Below, in pieces: positions 27,567 to 37,554 of a stretch of DNA of 64,000 bases. This DNA comes from a virus: IMG/VR virus record IMGVR_UViG_3300037451_000035, positions 1 to 64,000 of that record; one strand, given 5' to 3'. The translations under genes and the position numbers were made by a program. The notes beneath the pieces are model-generated. The model saw nothing but the letters and a program-made list of their open reading frames with translations, did no database searches and was not told the DNA's origin. Position 1 is the first letter of the stretch; every line of letters begins with the position of its first letter.

Positions 27567-28382
27567 CTATCGGACAGGCAAGGCGAAATCGATGCCAGCC
27601 AAGTAAGTCTTGTTTCGACTGACACTGGCGACGCCGATCGGCCCGATCTTGCCGAACACGTTGTTAAATTCCAAATCCTTCCCCGACCAGTCCGCCGACG
27701 CCCACACCTTGATGGCGCCGCCGTTCGGCGTGCCGTTGGTGGCCAGAGTCGGGTAGATGAACTGCGTAAGCAGACCACCAGCGATGGCCGTGGTCGTGCC
27801 ACCGACGCCGCCGAACTGACCGCCAACGCCATACTCGCGCACTTGGACGCCGAAGCACTGTTTCGGGATACCGACTTGCACGTTGGCCGGCAGTGATGGG
27901 GTCCACGTCGGCCAGCTAAGGCCGAGGTTGCCGATCACCGAGGTCACGGCCAGCACCACGTCGGCGCCAACGCAAGCGTCCTGGGTCGCCGACCACCGGC
28001 TCCAGAAACCGGCGCTGCCGCCTGGCACCTGAAAACCGCCCTGGACGTTCTGATAGGCGGCCTTGGCCTCGAGCATGTACCAGTTGCCGAAGCCGACCAC
28101 GTTGGTATTGCCGTGGACGTAGCCGAACCCGACCTCGACGCCGCCCCCTGAAGCGGTGACATTGGAACTGACGAGGCTCGGGATCAGAAGGCTATTGCCG
28201 TTCACACTGGACTGCTCGACGCCGGCATAGGTGCCGACTTCCCAGAAGAGGCCAGAACCGCTCCAGTTGACGAATGGCGAGACCACCGGCGGCGATGCCT
28301 TGACCGCCATGTCGGCGGCGGCCGCCGGGAGCGAGAGCGCGGCCAGCGCGGCGGCCGCAGCGAAGATCGACTTGCGCATCAT
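27567..28382 (-). CDS. Outer-membrane beta-barrel protein (Omp25/RopB-like)
   Basis: Signal peptide, AADMAVKA.P...NWSG motif of Rhizobiales porins, alternating beta strands, terminal GIDF. Confidence 0.75.
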   Translation of the reverse strand: MMRKSIFAAAAALAALSLPAAAADMAVKASPPVVSPFVNWSGSGLFWEVGTYAGVEQSSVNGNSLLIPSLVSSNVTASGGGVEVGFGYVHGNTNVVGFGNWYMLEAKAAYQNVQGGFQVPGGSAGFWSRWSATQDACVGADVVLAVTSVIGNLGLSWPTWTPSLPANVQVGIPKQCFGVQVREYGVGGQFGGVGGTTTAIAGGLLTQFIYPTLATNGTPNGGAIKVWASADWSGKDLEFNNVFGKIGPIGVASVSRNKTYLAGIDFALPVR

Positions 28383-28472
28383 GGGAATGTCCCCCTGTTT
28401 GATGATTCGGAATTTACCGGATCATCCTAGCCGGGGAGGGTGTGTCGTGCGCGCCACACCTATCGGAAATCG

Positions 28473-28622
28473 TCACGCCTTCGGCTGGACTTCCTGTGCG
28501 GTCTTCGCAATGGCAAGAAAATGCGGGGTCAAGGCGAGCAGGGCTTCGAGGCCGATCTTATCGACGATCGCTTTGATGTCGGTTTGGTTCTTTTCGAGAA
28601 TTGCAGCGATAGTCGGATTCAT
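28473..28622 (-). CDS. Small hypothetical protein
   Basis: AAGGGAG SD; MNPTIAAILEKNQTDIKAIV... (49 aa). Confidence 0.55.
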   Translation of the reverse strand: MNPTIAAILEKNQTDIKAIVDKIGLEALLALTPHFLAIAKTAQEVQPKA

Positions 28623-28640
28623 GTCGTTCTCCCTTTTGGG

Positions 28641-29456
28641 TCAAGCCGGGTGGGGCGCGGCGGCCGGATCGGCGGGCGGGGCGGCTTTCGTAGGATCGAG
28701 AACCGCGGGCGTCGGAACCTTCGGGTCGGCGATCGCCGTCTCGATGCGCGCCTTGATGGCCTCGACCGCGGCGCCGCTGTTCGGGTCGAGGCCGAGCTGC
28801 TTGATTGTATCTGCACCATGCGCCTGGGTGTAGGCGACGGCCTCGGCCACGACAGCATTCTTGATCTCGATTTGTCCTTTGCCCGCCATGTTGGTTGTCA
28901 CCACGGCAGCGCCGGAATTGATTCCGTTCAAGAGAATGCGATCCAATTTGTCGCTAAGAAGTTCGGTGCCTTGAATGCCGGCGTTCTTCAAAAGCCGCCT
29001 GATGTACGCCGCCAAAAACGAACTTATCACCGACCCGAAAGCCAGCGTTGCCCATGTCAAAACTTGCCCGGCCAGCGTGCCAACACTGATCGTCGTCTCG
29101 CTCGATACCGGGCCGGACGTTGTGACCGTGTTTTGCGTCACCGGCGGAACGCCGGCTGGCGGCGTGACCGCGGCCGGCGTGGCTGGCGCGACAACCGGAG
29201 GCGGGGGAGGCGGCGGGGGTGGCTCGGTTACAGGCGGCGGCGGTGGCACCTTCACCGGAATTTCCGGCGCGGCGGACTGAGATTGCTTCGCAAGCCAGTC
29301 GTTTAGCCGCTTGGTTTCGGCGGCGGTCGGGCATCCAGGGCACAGTGGCTTCTCCGCAGCCTGAAATGGCGGCGGGACGAGCATCGCGAGCAGGATGGTG
29401 AATGCGAGAACGCGACCTACAACAGCCGCCGCTATCTTGACACGCCTTGCGAGCAT
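28641..29456 (-). CDS. Holin-like membrane protein with a Pro-rich linker
   Basis: Two hydrophobic segments; C-terminal LL-H-holin-like helix pattern; adjacent to the endolysin. Confidence 0.55.
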   Translation of the reverse strand: MLARRVKIAAAVVGRVLAFTILLAMLVPPPFQAAEKPLCPGCPTAAETKRLNDWLAKQSQSAAPEIPVKVPPPPPVTEPPPPPPPPPVVAPATPAAVTPPAGVPPVTQNTVTTSGPVSSETTISVGTLAGQVLTWATLAFGSVISSFLAAYIRRLLKNAGIQGTELLSDKLDRILLNGINSGAAVVTTNMAGKGQIEIKNAVVAEAVAYTQAHGADTIKQLGLDPNSGAAVEAIKARIETAIADPKVPTPAVLDPTKAAPPADPAAAPHPA

Positions 29457-29508
29457 GGAGCCCCCCTGTTTCAAATTCGCAACGCGATCAGCCTACCACC
29501 GGCGCCGG

Positions 29509-30543
29509 TTAGGGCGCAAATTGCCAATCCACCGTGGTCATCCCCCATTGCGGATCATGCGGGGCGATGCCGAGCGCGGCAAAGGTGGCTGGCGTCATGT
29601 CGATGCCGGCAGGATTGGCGGGCACGACGCCGTTCTGTGCCTTCTCGCCGCGCGCGTGCTGCCCTTCGGCCATCGGGCGCGCGCTGGTCGTCCAATAACG
29701 GTCAGCCGTATTGTGCGGGCCGACGTCGACGATTTCGCAGATCACCGATTTGCCGGAGCGGAACACTTCGACCTTCGGCCGCGGGGCGGGAAAATGGAAC
29801 GGCAGCGCGACGCCCGGCTTGTTCGGATCGACGGTCCCGCCATAGGTGCTCGATTCGTGATCGCCGGCGCCGCCGAAGCAAGTCGCGACGATATCGCTTT
29901 GACGCCCGAGCACGGCCGCGACGGTTGGCGGCCCAAGATGCGCCTCGATCGGCGCGGCGACATGATCACCGGGGTGCGCCGCTTGCATGTAGGCGACGAC
30001 ACCGGCGACGAGCTCCGGCTTGACCATGTGCCGGCCAGGGCACGACTTGTGCGTCGTGATGGGATCTTCCTTGTGGAAGTGAATCCCGCGGACGCCGAAT
30101 TTATAGTCGGCCGGATTGAGGCCGATGCGCGCGTGAAGGATGCCCAGCACGGCGATCAGATTGGCTCGCGACGGGTCAGCGAAAGATTCGATTTCAAACT
30201 CGCCGACCGTCTCGATGCCCCAGGTGATCGCGTTCCAGGCTGGCGAGTGCGTACCGCGCTGAGTGAACGGCGTGAAGAGGCCGACGCCGTCGGGACATAC
30301 GAAAGCGTGCGGGCCCGAGCTCCAATGGAGCCCGCTGTAATATCCGGCCAGATTCTTCAGCCATTGCTCGGGCGTCCAATTGCCGTGCCGCTCCGGGTGC
30401 GCTCGCCAATCGGCATAATTCGCCAGCGTCGGCGCCGAGGTATTATGAACAACCGTGAACTGCGGCGTCCAGCCAGTGAAGACGAGTCCTTCGACGTGAG
30501 CAGCGAAGCCGGCGAGATCGACGAATTTTCCGACGATGTTCAT
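29509..30543 (-). CDS. Endolysin: N-acetylmuramoyl-L-alanine amidase with a C-terminal DPBB/RlpA-like domain
   Basis: VVHNT, GPHAF, GIETVGEF, HKE...HKSCPG; C-terminal VDVGP...GIDMTPA. Confidence 0.85.
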   Translation of the reverse strand: MNIVGKFVDLAGFAAHVEGLVFTGWTPQFTVVHNTSAPTLANYADWRAHPERHGNWTPEQWLKNLAGYYSGLHWSSGPHAFVCPDGVGLFTPFTQRGTHSPAWNAITWGIETVGEFEIESFADPSRANLIAVLGILHARIGLNPADYKFGVRGIHFHKEDPITTHKSCPGRHMVKPELVAGVVAYMQAAHPGDHVAAPIEAHLGPPTVAAVLGRQSDIVATCFGGAGDHESSTYGGTVDPNKPGVALPFHFPAPRPKVEVFRSGKSVICEIVDVGPHNTADRYWTTSARPMAEGQHARGEKAQNGVVPANPAGIDMTPATFAALGIAPHDPQWGMTTVDWQFAP

Positions 30544-30722
30544 GGGTGATACCCTGTAAGCTGAAAGAGAACGTAGCCGGCCATCAGCGTGAACGCGCAG
30601 ACGTTGTCGAGTAGCGGCGACGTGATCACCCCGACCAGATAAGCGGTGATGAGGGTCAAAGCGAGTGCGGAGTAGCCGCCGATGAAGCCCTTCGTTCTCG
30701 CGGAGATTTTTGCGGTGATCAT
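30540..30722 (-). CDS. Small two-TM protein (holin candidate)
   Basis: Two hydrophobic helices, coupled to the endolysin. Confidence 0.5.
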   Translation of the reverse strand: MITAKISARTKGFIGGYSALALTLITAYLVGVITSPLLDNVCAFTLMAGYVLFQLTGYHP

Positions 30723-31291
30723 GGGTCGATTATCGGCCGGAGGGCGTCGAGCGTCATTCCCTGGATCGGATTTTCGCTCAATTTCAGATCGCCGCGCTTG
30801 ATATGGAAGAGCTTGGCGACCGATACTTCGCTGTCCATCAGCTTTTGAAGATCAGCGTTTAGAGCGATTTGAGCATCGGATAATTCGGCCGCCGTGACGA
30901 CCACTCCATTCGAATTGAGCACGGCTTCCTTTTTTGGCTTCAGCGGGCCGCCATTCAATTTTTCCGCCGCATCGATCGTGGCCCTTTGTTTTTTCTGGAC
31001 GGATTCGATCACGGCATTCAGTGCGCCGAGATCGTCAGTCAGAGCCCATCGCGTGTCGGCGCTGATATTGTAGGGCATCGACACTGGGCGCGCGCTTGCA
31101 CCTTGGCCGACAGTTTCGTCATGCAAGCCGGTGACGGCGGCGATGGCATTGGCGAGCGCGACGGCCTTGCTGACCACAATCGTTTCGGTTTCGCCGGCCG
31201 GGGGATTCGCCGAGACCTGCGCGGACAGCGCCGGCTCGCTCAGCGCGGCGGCGAAGGCGAGCAGGGCGATGGTTAGATAAAAGCGGATCAT
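30719..31291 (-). CDS. Signal-peptide-bearing protein (tail-fibre chaperone position)
   Basis: MIRFYLTIALLAFAAALSEPALSA leader. Confidence 0.6.
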   Translation of the reverse strand: MIRFYLTIALLAFAAALSEPALSAQVSANPPAGETETIVVSKAVALANAIAAVTGLHDETVGQGASARPVSMPYNISADTRWALTDDLGALNAVIESVQKKQRATIDAAEKLNGGPLKPKKEAVLNSNGVVVTAAELSDAQIALNADLQKLMDSEVSVAKLFHIKRGDLKLSENPIQGMTLDALRPIIDP

Positions 31292-31449
31292 GAGGTTTCC
31301 TGACGGGTTATGTGCAGCACGGCGGCGACTCAACCCGTCAGAGGAAAAGCCGCCGCCGCTATCACCGCACGGGATCAGAGTTGAGCTGTTGCCTGACGGG
31401 CGACGCGGAACATAGCACAGCCGGGGAGCAATTGTCATAGGCGCAGCCA

Positions 31450-34400
31450 TCACGCCCCGACCCACGCGGTTCCGTTATAAAAAACCGGACAGACGGTTGA
31501 CCCGCCTCCCGTCAGGGCGGCCAAGAACGTGCAGGCGACGGCATCGGTGACGAACGCGAAATCGCCCTGCGATGGAGACGCCGGCAGGGTCGAGACCGTG
31601 TAGCCTCCCGTTCCCATCTGCGCTTGGCTTCGGATCGTGCCCTTGGCGAGCAGCGCGCCCTGGCCGGGATCGGTCGCGATGATGCTATTGCCGAGTGTCA
31701 GGCCGCCGCTGTTTTGCAGCCGCATGTTGATTTGTGTCGTCGTCGTCGAGTTCGCGGTTGTCGAGAAGTCAATTTGGAGGCCGTCAGCCCCAGAAGCCCA
31801 AAGCTGTGATGCGGTAAAATTTATCAGTCCTCTCGCGGCAGTATATGCGGTGTCATAACCCCGCGCTTGAATGCCGCCAATAACGCCGCTCGCGGTCGCG
31901 GTCGGAGTACCATTAGGGCCTTCCGAACGTCGAAAAGCGATGAATGATTGCTGCGCAAAGGTGTCGAGGCTCAAGCCTACAGAAGTCGAGTCTTTCCCAA
32001 GCAGGTGAATGAGAGCGTTCCCGGCCGCCGCAGGCGGCGCAGTCGCATTGGCTGAAATGACAAATGCGGCCGCGCTTGAAGAGGGCGAAGTCGTTCCAAG
32101 TGCAATTTGCGGAATACTGTTAAGCGACGCAGATGTCTTTGTTGCGGCTAAGTAAAGCGAGTTCACTAAAGCGTTTTGACTTGTCCCTGTCGATCCGGCT
32201 GGCGCGACCTGGAACTGAATCGCGCCGCCAGCACCGGTGCCCGTACCCTGCGACCCGGCGATGGTCAGCAGCGCGCCAGCCGTGTTGCTGATGCCGGCGA
32301 CGACTCCCTGCGCGCCCACGGTCTGCGCAACCGGGGCGGCGGCATCGGCGGCGCCGAGGTGCAACGTGGCGGCACTCGGTCCGGTCAGAATCGCGTTGCC
32401 GGCGACGGCAAAGTTAGTTCCGAACGTCGATGAGTCCGGCATCGTGACCGTGCCGGTGAACGTCGGCGATGCCAGCGGCGCCGCCCCGGTGACCTGGGCC
32501 ACCGCGTAGTCCCCGCTGGTCGCGACGACGGCGCCGGTGCGCCCGAACACCGAAGTCACGTCGGACGGATCGGCGGCGAAGGTATAGGTACCGGCGCCGG
32601 TGCGCTTGATGAAGCCGGTGCTAGAAAAGCCGGTGATGTTGTCGAGGCACGTTCCGCTCGCCGCCGAGCAGTTCGTGCCGCCGTTGGCGACCGCAAGCTG
32701 ACCGCTGACTGCGGCCGATGATCCCAGCGCGACTTGGCCCCAGGCGGCGAGGCCGCCGCTGACGATCATCACATTGTTCGTCGAGCCGACGCCCAGCCGC
32801 GTGACGACGTTGCTGGAACCGCCGTTCTGATAAATATCGCCCTTGGCGTCGGAGCCGAATGCCGCCGTCACCCCGCCTAGGCTGTTTGTCGATGAGGTCA
32901 GCGTCTTGTTGGTCAGCGCATCCGCCGTCGCTCGGCCGACCAGCGTGTCGGTGGCGGCCTGTACGGTGACCGTGAACGGGCTGGACGTGGAAGCCGATAC
33001 CAGCGTCACGCCGCTTAGCGCGGTCGCGCCGCCCGAGAGCAACACGCCGGTCTGAATGTTGAGGACGCCGCTGCCCGGATCATTACCCGCTAGAGCGTTG
33101 AAAGTTCCATTGCCGATCCCGACGCCGCCGCTGGCGTAAAGATGCACCGCGTTCACGGCGGTAAAGGTGCCGGTCGGCGTGATGAAAAAGAGTAGCTCGG
33201 TCCCCTTGTTCGTATTGCTGGCCCACGTCTCCGTGGCGTTGGCGCTGATCTGCGCGCCGGGCGCGACGTTGTAGGTGGAACCATTGTAGCCGCTGAACAG
33301 GACAGCCCCGATGGTGTCCCCCGCCACGAGCGCCGTGGGCGACGCGAACGTGCCGTCCGCCCGGCGCAAATTGAAGATTCCTTTATGCGCAAAGCCGTCG
33401 ATCAAGACTTCTGGCTCCTGGGTGTTGCTGCCGACCACTTGCAGATACGGCGAGCCCCCCGGAAGCGCTGGGCATCCGGTATTGGCCGTGACGCAGACCA
33501 GCGTCGAGCCGAATAGCGCCGTGCCGGTGACGGCGAGCGCGTTGCTGCCGATGGTCGCGCCGCCGACGGCAAGCGTTGTCCCGCTGGCGCCGGTCAGGTC
33601 GTTGGTGCCAGCCGTCGTCCAGTTCGTGACGCCGGCGAACGCGCCGCCGTTGTTCCACTGGATCGTGCCCGAGGCGCCGCCGGGAGTTCCGCCGCCGCTG
33701 CCGCACGCCGCGCCCGCGTCGGCAACGCCGCCGGCCGTGCCGGACGCCTGAAGGCAGTGACCGCTGGTGAGTGCGCCGACCTGATAGGCCAGGTTCGCCG
33801 CCGCGCCGGGGAACGTATAGGTGAAGCCGGACGACGGGAACGCCAGCGTCGGCGCGCCGGCGCCGGTCGTGGTCAGCGCGGCCGAGGTTGTCAGCGTGCC
33901 GCCAAGCGAAAGATTGCTGGCCGACACCGGCCCGGCCGCCATCAGGCTATTGTCCTGGTTTATTGTGAGCGCGACGCTGGGAGACGTAGCGCCATTCGCC
34001 GTGACACCGAAAATGATCTTGGTTCCCTCGGCAGAGCTGGACCAGTTCTGTGTCGCGATAAATTCAATATAAGTAGCGCTGGTCGTCCAGGCAGAGCCGT
34101 TGTAGCCATTGCCGAGAATTTGACCAAGGACGTCCCCAGAGTTCAGGGCTGTTAAAGCAGCGAACGTTCCGTGCCCCCCTTGAAGATTGATCGCTGCCCC
34201 AACGCCACCGACCGCTGTGCTCGAGATTTGCAGCATCCCAGGAAAGCCGTTCCCGGCTTGATCGAAGCCATTTATCAGCATCCCGTAATAGTTGGCCTGC
34301 AGGCTCGGGAAAGCGCCGTTCTGCGCGAAGTTAAGATTTAGCCCGAGCGTCACGCTGGAATTGATCCTCAGCAGCGTGGTCAGCGTCGGGCTGATCGACA

Positions 34401-35166
34401 GCACGACGTTGCCGGCACTCCCGGTGACTGGAAGATTCCCTAAAATTCCACCATTGTTGTAGAGAACATCGCCGCCAGTGCCGCTCGTTACGGCCGTCGT
34501 GCCAACCACGATGGACGACGCGGGTGGTGAGCACGTCGAGCCCAGCGTGCAGGTCGCGCCGTTGACGGTGACCGACGGGTTGGCAAGGTCGGCCACCGTC
34601 ACCAGCCCCGTAGCGGTGAACGCCCCGGTGATCGTTGGCGACGTGATGGTTGGCGATGCCGACAGGACGACGCTGCCGGAACCCGTGATAGGGTATTCCC
34701 CGAGCACCCCCGCGTTGTCGTAAAGCACACGGGTCGTGCTGCCGCTAAGGACCGTCGTAGTGCCAATAGTCATAGATGTCGCGGAGCCGGAGATCGTGCA
34801 GGAGCCGCCAAGCGGGCAACTTACTGAATTGATCGTGGTCGCCTGCGGACCAGCGAGGAACGGGCCAATTGTGGCGCCATTGATTCGCGCGAACAGTCCT
34901 CCGGTGGTCGTCCAGAGATCGCCATTGACCGGAGACGTCGGCGCAACGCCATGAGGAAGATTGAGCCCAGCATGTGCCGCAGTTGACGGCGCCGCAAGAA
35001 TTTCGAGACCGCTTATCGGGGTTACCGCATTGCCTTGGACGACCCACGGACTCGGCGGCGGCTGCGGACCTGGACCGCCGCCCGTATTCGGCCCTTGCGC
35101 GAGCGCCGCGACTGACGAGGCAAGAAGCGAGGCCGCGACGAGAGCAAGGCGCGCGATCTTCAGCAT
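31450..35166 (-). CDS. Long tail fibre/adhesin-like protein
   Basis: G/T/S/A-rich; VTSVFGRTGAVV motif; three repeated GY.G...A.(Q/E).W modules; N-terminal signal-like peptide. Confidence 0.75.
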   Translation of the reverse strand: MLKIARLALVAASLLASSVAALAQGPNTGGGPGPQPPPSPWVVQGNAVTPISGLEILAAPSTAAHAGLNLPHGVAPTSPVNGDLWTTTGGLFARINGATIGPFLAGPQATTINSVSCPLGGSCTISGSATSMTIGTTTVLSGSTTRVLYDNAGVLGEYPITGSGSVVLSASPTITSPTITGAFTATGLVTVADLANPSVTVNGATCTLGSTCSPPASSIVVGTTAVTSGTGGDVLYNNGGILGNLPVTGSAGNVVLSISPTLTTLLRINSSVTLGLNLNFAQNGAFPSLQANYYGMLINGFDQAGNGFPGMLQISSTAVGGVGAAINLQGGHGTFAALTALNSGDVLGQILGNGYNGSAWTTSATYIEFIATQNWSSSAEGTKIIFGVTANGATSPSVALTINQDNSLMAAGPVSASNLSLGGTLTTSAALTTTGAGAPTLAFPSSGFTYTFPGAAANLAYQVGALTSGHCLQASGTAGGVADAGAACGSGGGTPGGASGTIQWNNGGAFAGVTNWTTAGTNDLTGASGTTLAVGGATIGSNALAVTGTALFGSTLVCVTANTGCPALPGGSPYLQVVGSNTQEPEVLIDGFAHKGIFNLRRADGTFASPTALVAGDTIGAVLFSGYNGSTYNVAPGAQISANATETWASNTNKGTELLFFITPTGTFTAVNAVHLYASGGVGIGNGTFNALAGNDPGSGVLNIQTGVLLSGGATALSGVTLVSASTSSPFTVTVQAATDTLVGRATADALTNKTLTSSTNSLGGVTAAFGSDAKGDIYQNGGSSNVVTRLGVGSTNNVMIVSGGLAAWGQVALGSSAAVSGQLAVANGGTNCSAASGTCLDNITGFSSTGFIKRTGAGTYTFAADPSDVTSVFGRTGAVVATSGDYAVAQVTGAAPLASPTFTGTVTMPDSSTFGTNFAVAGNAILTGPSAATLHLGAADAAAPVAQTVGAQGVVAGISNTAGALLTIAGSQGTGTGAGGAIQFQVAPAGSTGTSQNALVNSLYLAATKTSASLNSIPQIALGTTSPSSSAAAFVISANATAPPAAAGNALIHLLGKDSTSVGLSLDTFAQQSFIAFRRSEGPNGTPTATASGVIGGIQARGYDTAYTAARGLINFTASQLWASGADGLQIDFSTTANSTTTTQINMRLQNSGGLTLGNSIIATDPGQGALLAKGTIRSQAQMGTGGYTVSTLPASPSQGDFAFVTDAVACTFLAALTGGGSTVCPVFYNGTAWVGA

Positions 35167-35204
35167 TTTCTTTCTTCCAGATATTTGATCCGCCAAGCGG
35201 TTCC

Positions 35205-35525
35205 CTACCACGAGACTCCCGCGATCTTATGTCCGCTGCCCGCGGCATTCATCGAGGTCGGCGTCGTTTGACCAGCGATCACTTCCCAGCTTCCGCCGGG
35301 AGGGATTCGGAAATTAGTGCCGTTGACGCCGCCGGCCACCCCCGGCGCGGCCGCGGTCGTGACAGGATTGACGATCAGATCCTCGGCCGTCGCGAGGCCC
35401 TGGTCGCCGGCGAGAAGGGGATTCTGCAAGAAGCCGCCGTTCGGATTCGGTCCAAACGCATTGACCGCCGTATTGCCAGTGGCGACCTGCGAATTGAGCG
35501 CCGGGATCGGCGTGACGCCTGCCAT
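35205..35525 (-). CDS. Small tail/baseplate accessory protein
   Basis: Paralogous to the N-terminus of 37555-38628. Confidence 0.65.
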   Translation of the reverse strand: MAGVTPIPALNSQVATGNTAVNAFGPNPNGGFLQNPLLAGDQGLATAEDLIVNPVTTAAAPGVAGGVNGTNFRIPPGGSWEVIAGQTTPTSMNAAGSGHKIAGVSW

Positions 35526-35527
35526 TT

Positions 35528-36907
35528 TCAGCCCACCATGCGCAACGGTTCGTTGTCGTTTGCCGCCGGCTCCAGCGCCGACATGATTTCTTCCACGATG
35601 ATGCTGCTCGACGGCGCGTAGGTCGCGGCAATGTCGTTAACCACGATATTGTTGGCCGAGGATTTGCCGAAAATATAATAGGTCAGCGAGCTCGTCGTGA
35701 AAGGCGAGTCGATACCGCGGATCGGCTGAATACAAACCTGGACCGCGCAAGTGAACGATCCCTGATCACCAAACAGAGTCGGCGCCGTTCCCCGCGAAAG
35801 CTGCACGATGCCATTTGAGCCGGAGCCGCCGAGCACATTCACGTTGCTCGATACCTTGATGACATTCGCCGCCGACGTCGGCACGATCGTTGCCGAGATT
35901 CCGGTTTGCGTCTGGGTGGTAAGCAGCGTCGTTTGCGTAGTGTTCGGCGCCGGAGCGACGATCTGCACCGTATCGCCCGGCTTTTTGATACCGGGACCGA
36001 AAAGCTGCACAAAGGTCGGCCCAGTCGCCCAAGTGCCGGCCGTCACTTCGCTGATTTCGAGGTAGCCGAGGATGCGGATCGCCTTGTTGGTTACCGATGT
36101 TGTCCCGCAGGCCAGAACTTGCGCAAGGCTACTGCCGTTGTTGTTGGTGTTGCTGGTCCAGAGAATCCCTTCATTGATCGCGGCAACAGAGGTTCCGCTG
36201 AGAGCATTGAACGCGCAGAGCGCGACCGTCCCAGCATTGTTGATAGCGATGATCCAGAGCCGACACATGTTGCCGCTGGTGCACCCCATCGACAGGGTGG
36301 AATTGACCGTGAAGCTTAGAGCGCTTTGAAGCGAGACGATGACGGGATCACCATTGGCAATCGTGGTGTCTCGGAATGGGATCAACACCGGATTGGTCAC
36401 GCTCGGGTCGCTGCCATTGTTGCCTTTGATCGCGATGGTCAGGTTGTTGGACCCGACGCTGGCATTGAGTTGCAGATTGACCGGCACCCCGAATTGGAGC
36501 GACGAGTTCGCCAGATTGGCGACTGCCACCGTCGTGCTCGTCACACTGAGTAGAACGAAGACGGTTCCGTTGTACATTAGGAGCGCCGGCTGGCCCGCTA
36601 CAAGTTCGGTGCCGGTGAGCGCGACGAGCCCCGCCGATGTCGGTTTGTTGATTGCGATTGGACCGATGGAATTGAGATTTAATGTCGCGGCCGTAGTATT
36701 GCCTGTGGCCGGCGCCGGCGTAAGCTTCACTAGCACGTTCAGCACATCGGCGTAGGAAACCACGTTCGGCAAAGTGCCCGTGATCGTATTCGTTCCAGCC
36801 ACAGATTGAATGGCTGTCGCCTGATCAGCGAATTGCGCGCGCGCGGGAAGCATCGCCGCCGCAAAGACGAACAGCGCGACCAGAGCGGCGCCGATTTTCT
36901 TCATCAT
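35528..36907 (-). CDS. Tail fibre-like protein
   Basis: NTTAATLNLN.IG, IAIKGNNGSDPS...VLIPFR, KKPGDTVQ; signal-like N-terminus. Confidence 0.7.
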   Translation of the reverse strand: MMKKIGAALVALFVFAAAMLPARAQFADQATAIQSVAGTNTITGTLPNVVSYADVLNVLVKLTPAPATGNTTAATLNLNSIGPIAINKPTSAGLVALTGTELVAGQPALLMYNGTVFVLLSVTSTTVAVANLANSSLQFGVPVNLQLNASVGSNNLTIAIKGNNGSDPSVTNPVLIPFRDTTIANGDPVIVSLQSALSFTVNSTLSMGCTSGNMCRLWIIAINNAGTVALCAFNALSGTSVAAINEGILWTSNTNNNGSSLAQVLACGTTSVTNKAIRILGYLEISEVTAGTWATGPTFVQLFGPGIKKPGDTVQIVAPAPNTTQTTLLTTQTQTGISATIVPTSAANVIKVSSNVNVLGGSGSNGIVQLSRGTAPTLFGDQGSFTCAVQVCIQPIRGIDSPFTTSSLTYYIFGKSSANNIVVNDIAATYAPSSSIIVEEIMSALEPAANDNEPLRMVG

Positions 36908-37533
36908 GGCTTGAAGCTCCAAAGGCTGGGTGCATAGAACCGGAACTTAGCGCTTTGCCCATTCACGTTCAAAACGGCGGTCGGCTGACCATCCGGCCCG
37001 GTCGTTCCGCCCGGAAAGCTGACCGTGACTGGAAAGGCATTGAAATTCTTGGCGAGGTCTTCGATCCAATAGGTTTGCCCGTCGGATGAAGTCGGAAGCG
37101 TCGTCGAAGACGCCGCGGGAGCGACGAGACGATTGAGGCCGACACCGCCGCCGGCGTCCGATGTCGTCATAGCGAAAGCGCCCGAGGCCGTCACGATGCG
37201 CGCCGGCGAGAGCGCCGCCGTTTGCTGCATCGCCGCCATCTGGCCCGCCGTGCACAGATTGGCGATCAGATCGCCGGCAAGCCAATTCTGGGCGACGGTG
37301 CCCTCTTGGGCGCGCACGATGGTGGTAAAGGTGTCCCCGGTGCGGACCGTGCAATAGACGATTTCGGTGAGCAATCCGGTCGCCGCATCGTTCAAGGTCG
37401 CGGCAAATTCCTGCTGTGCACTCGGATTCGGGAACTCGGCGCCTTGGCCCGAGGCGACCGTAAGCGTGGTCGCACTGTTCGAAATCGGCGCTGCCAGCGT
37501 CGACGAGGCGTCATTCGCGAACAGAAAGATCAT
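36904..37533 (-). CDS. Tail fibre attachment/baseplate protein
   Basis: FANDASSTLA...EIVYCT.RTGD...RAQEGT.A..W.AGD motif. Confidence 0.75.
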   Translation of the reverse strand: MIFLFANDASSTLAAPISNSATTLTVASGQGAEFPNPSAQQEFAATLNDAATGLLTEIVYCTVRTGDTFTTIVRAQEGTVAQNWLAGDLIANLCTAGQMAAMQQTAALSPARIVTASGAFAMTTSDAGGGVGLNRLVAPAASSTTLPTSSDGQTYWIEDLAKNFNAFPVTVSFPGGTTGPDGQPTAVLNVNGQSAKFRFYAPSLWSFKP

Positions 37534-37554
37534 GTGAGCATCCCCTCGCCGCCA

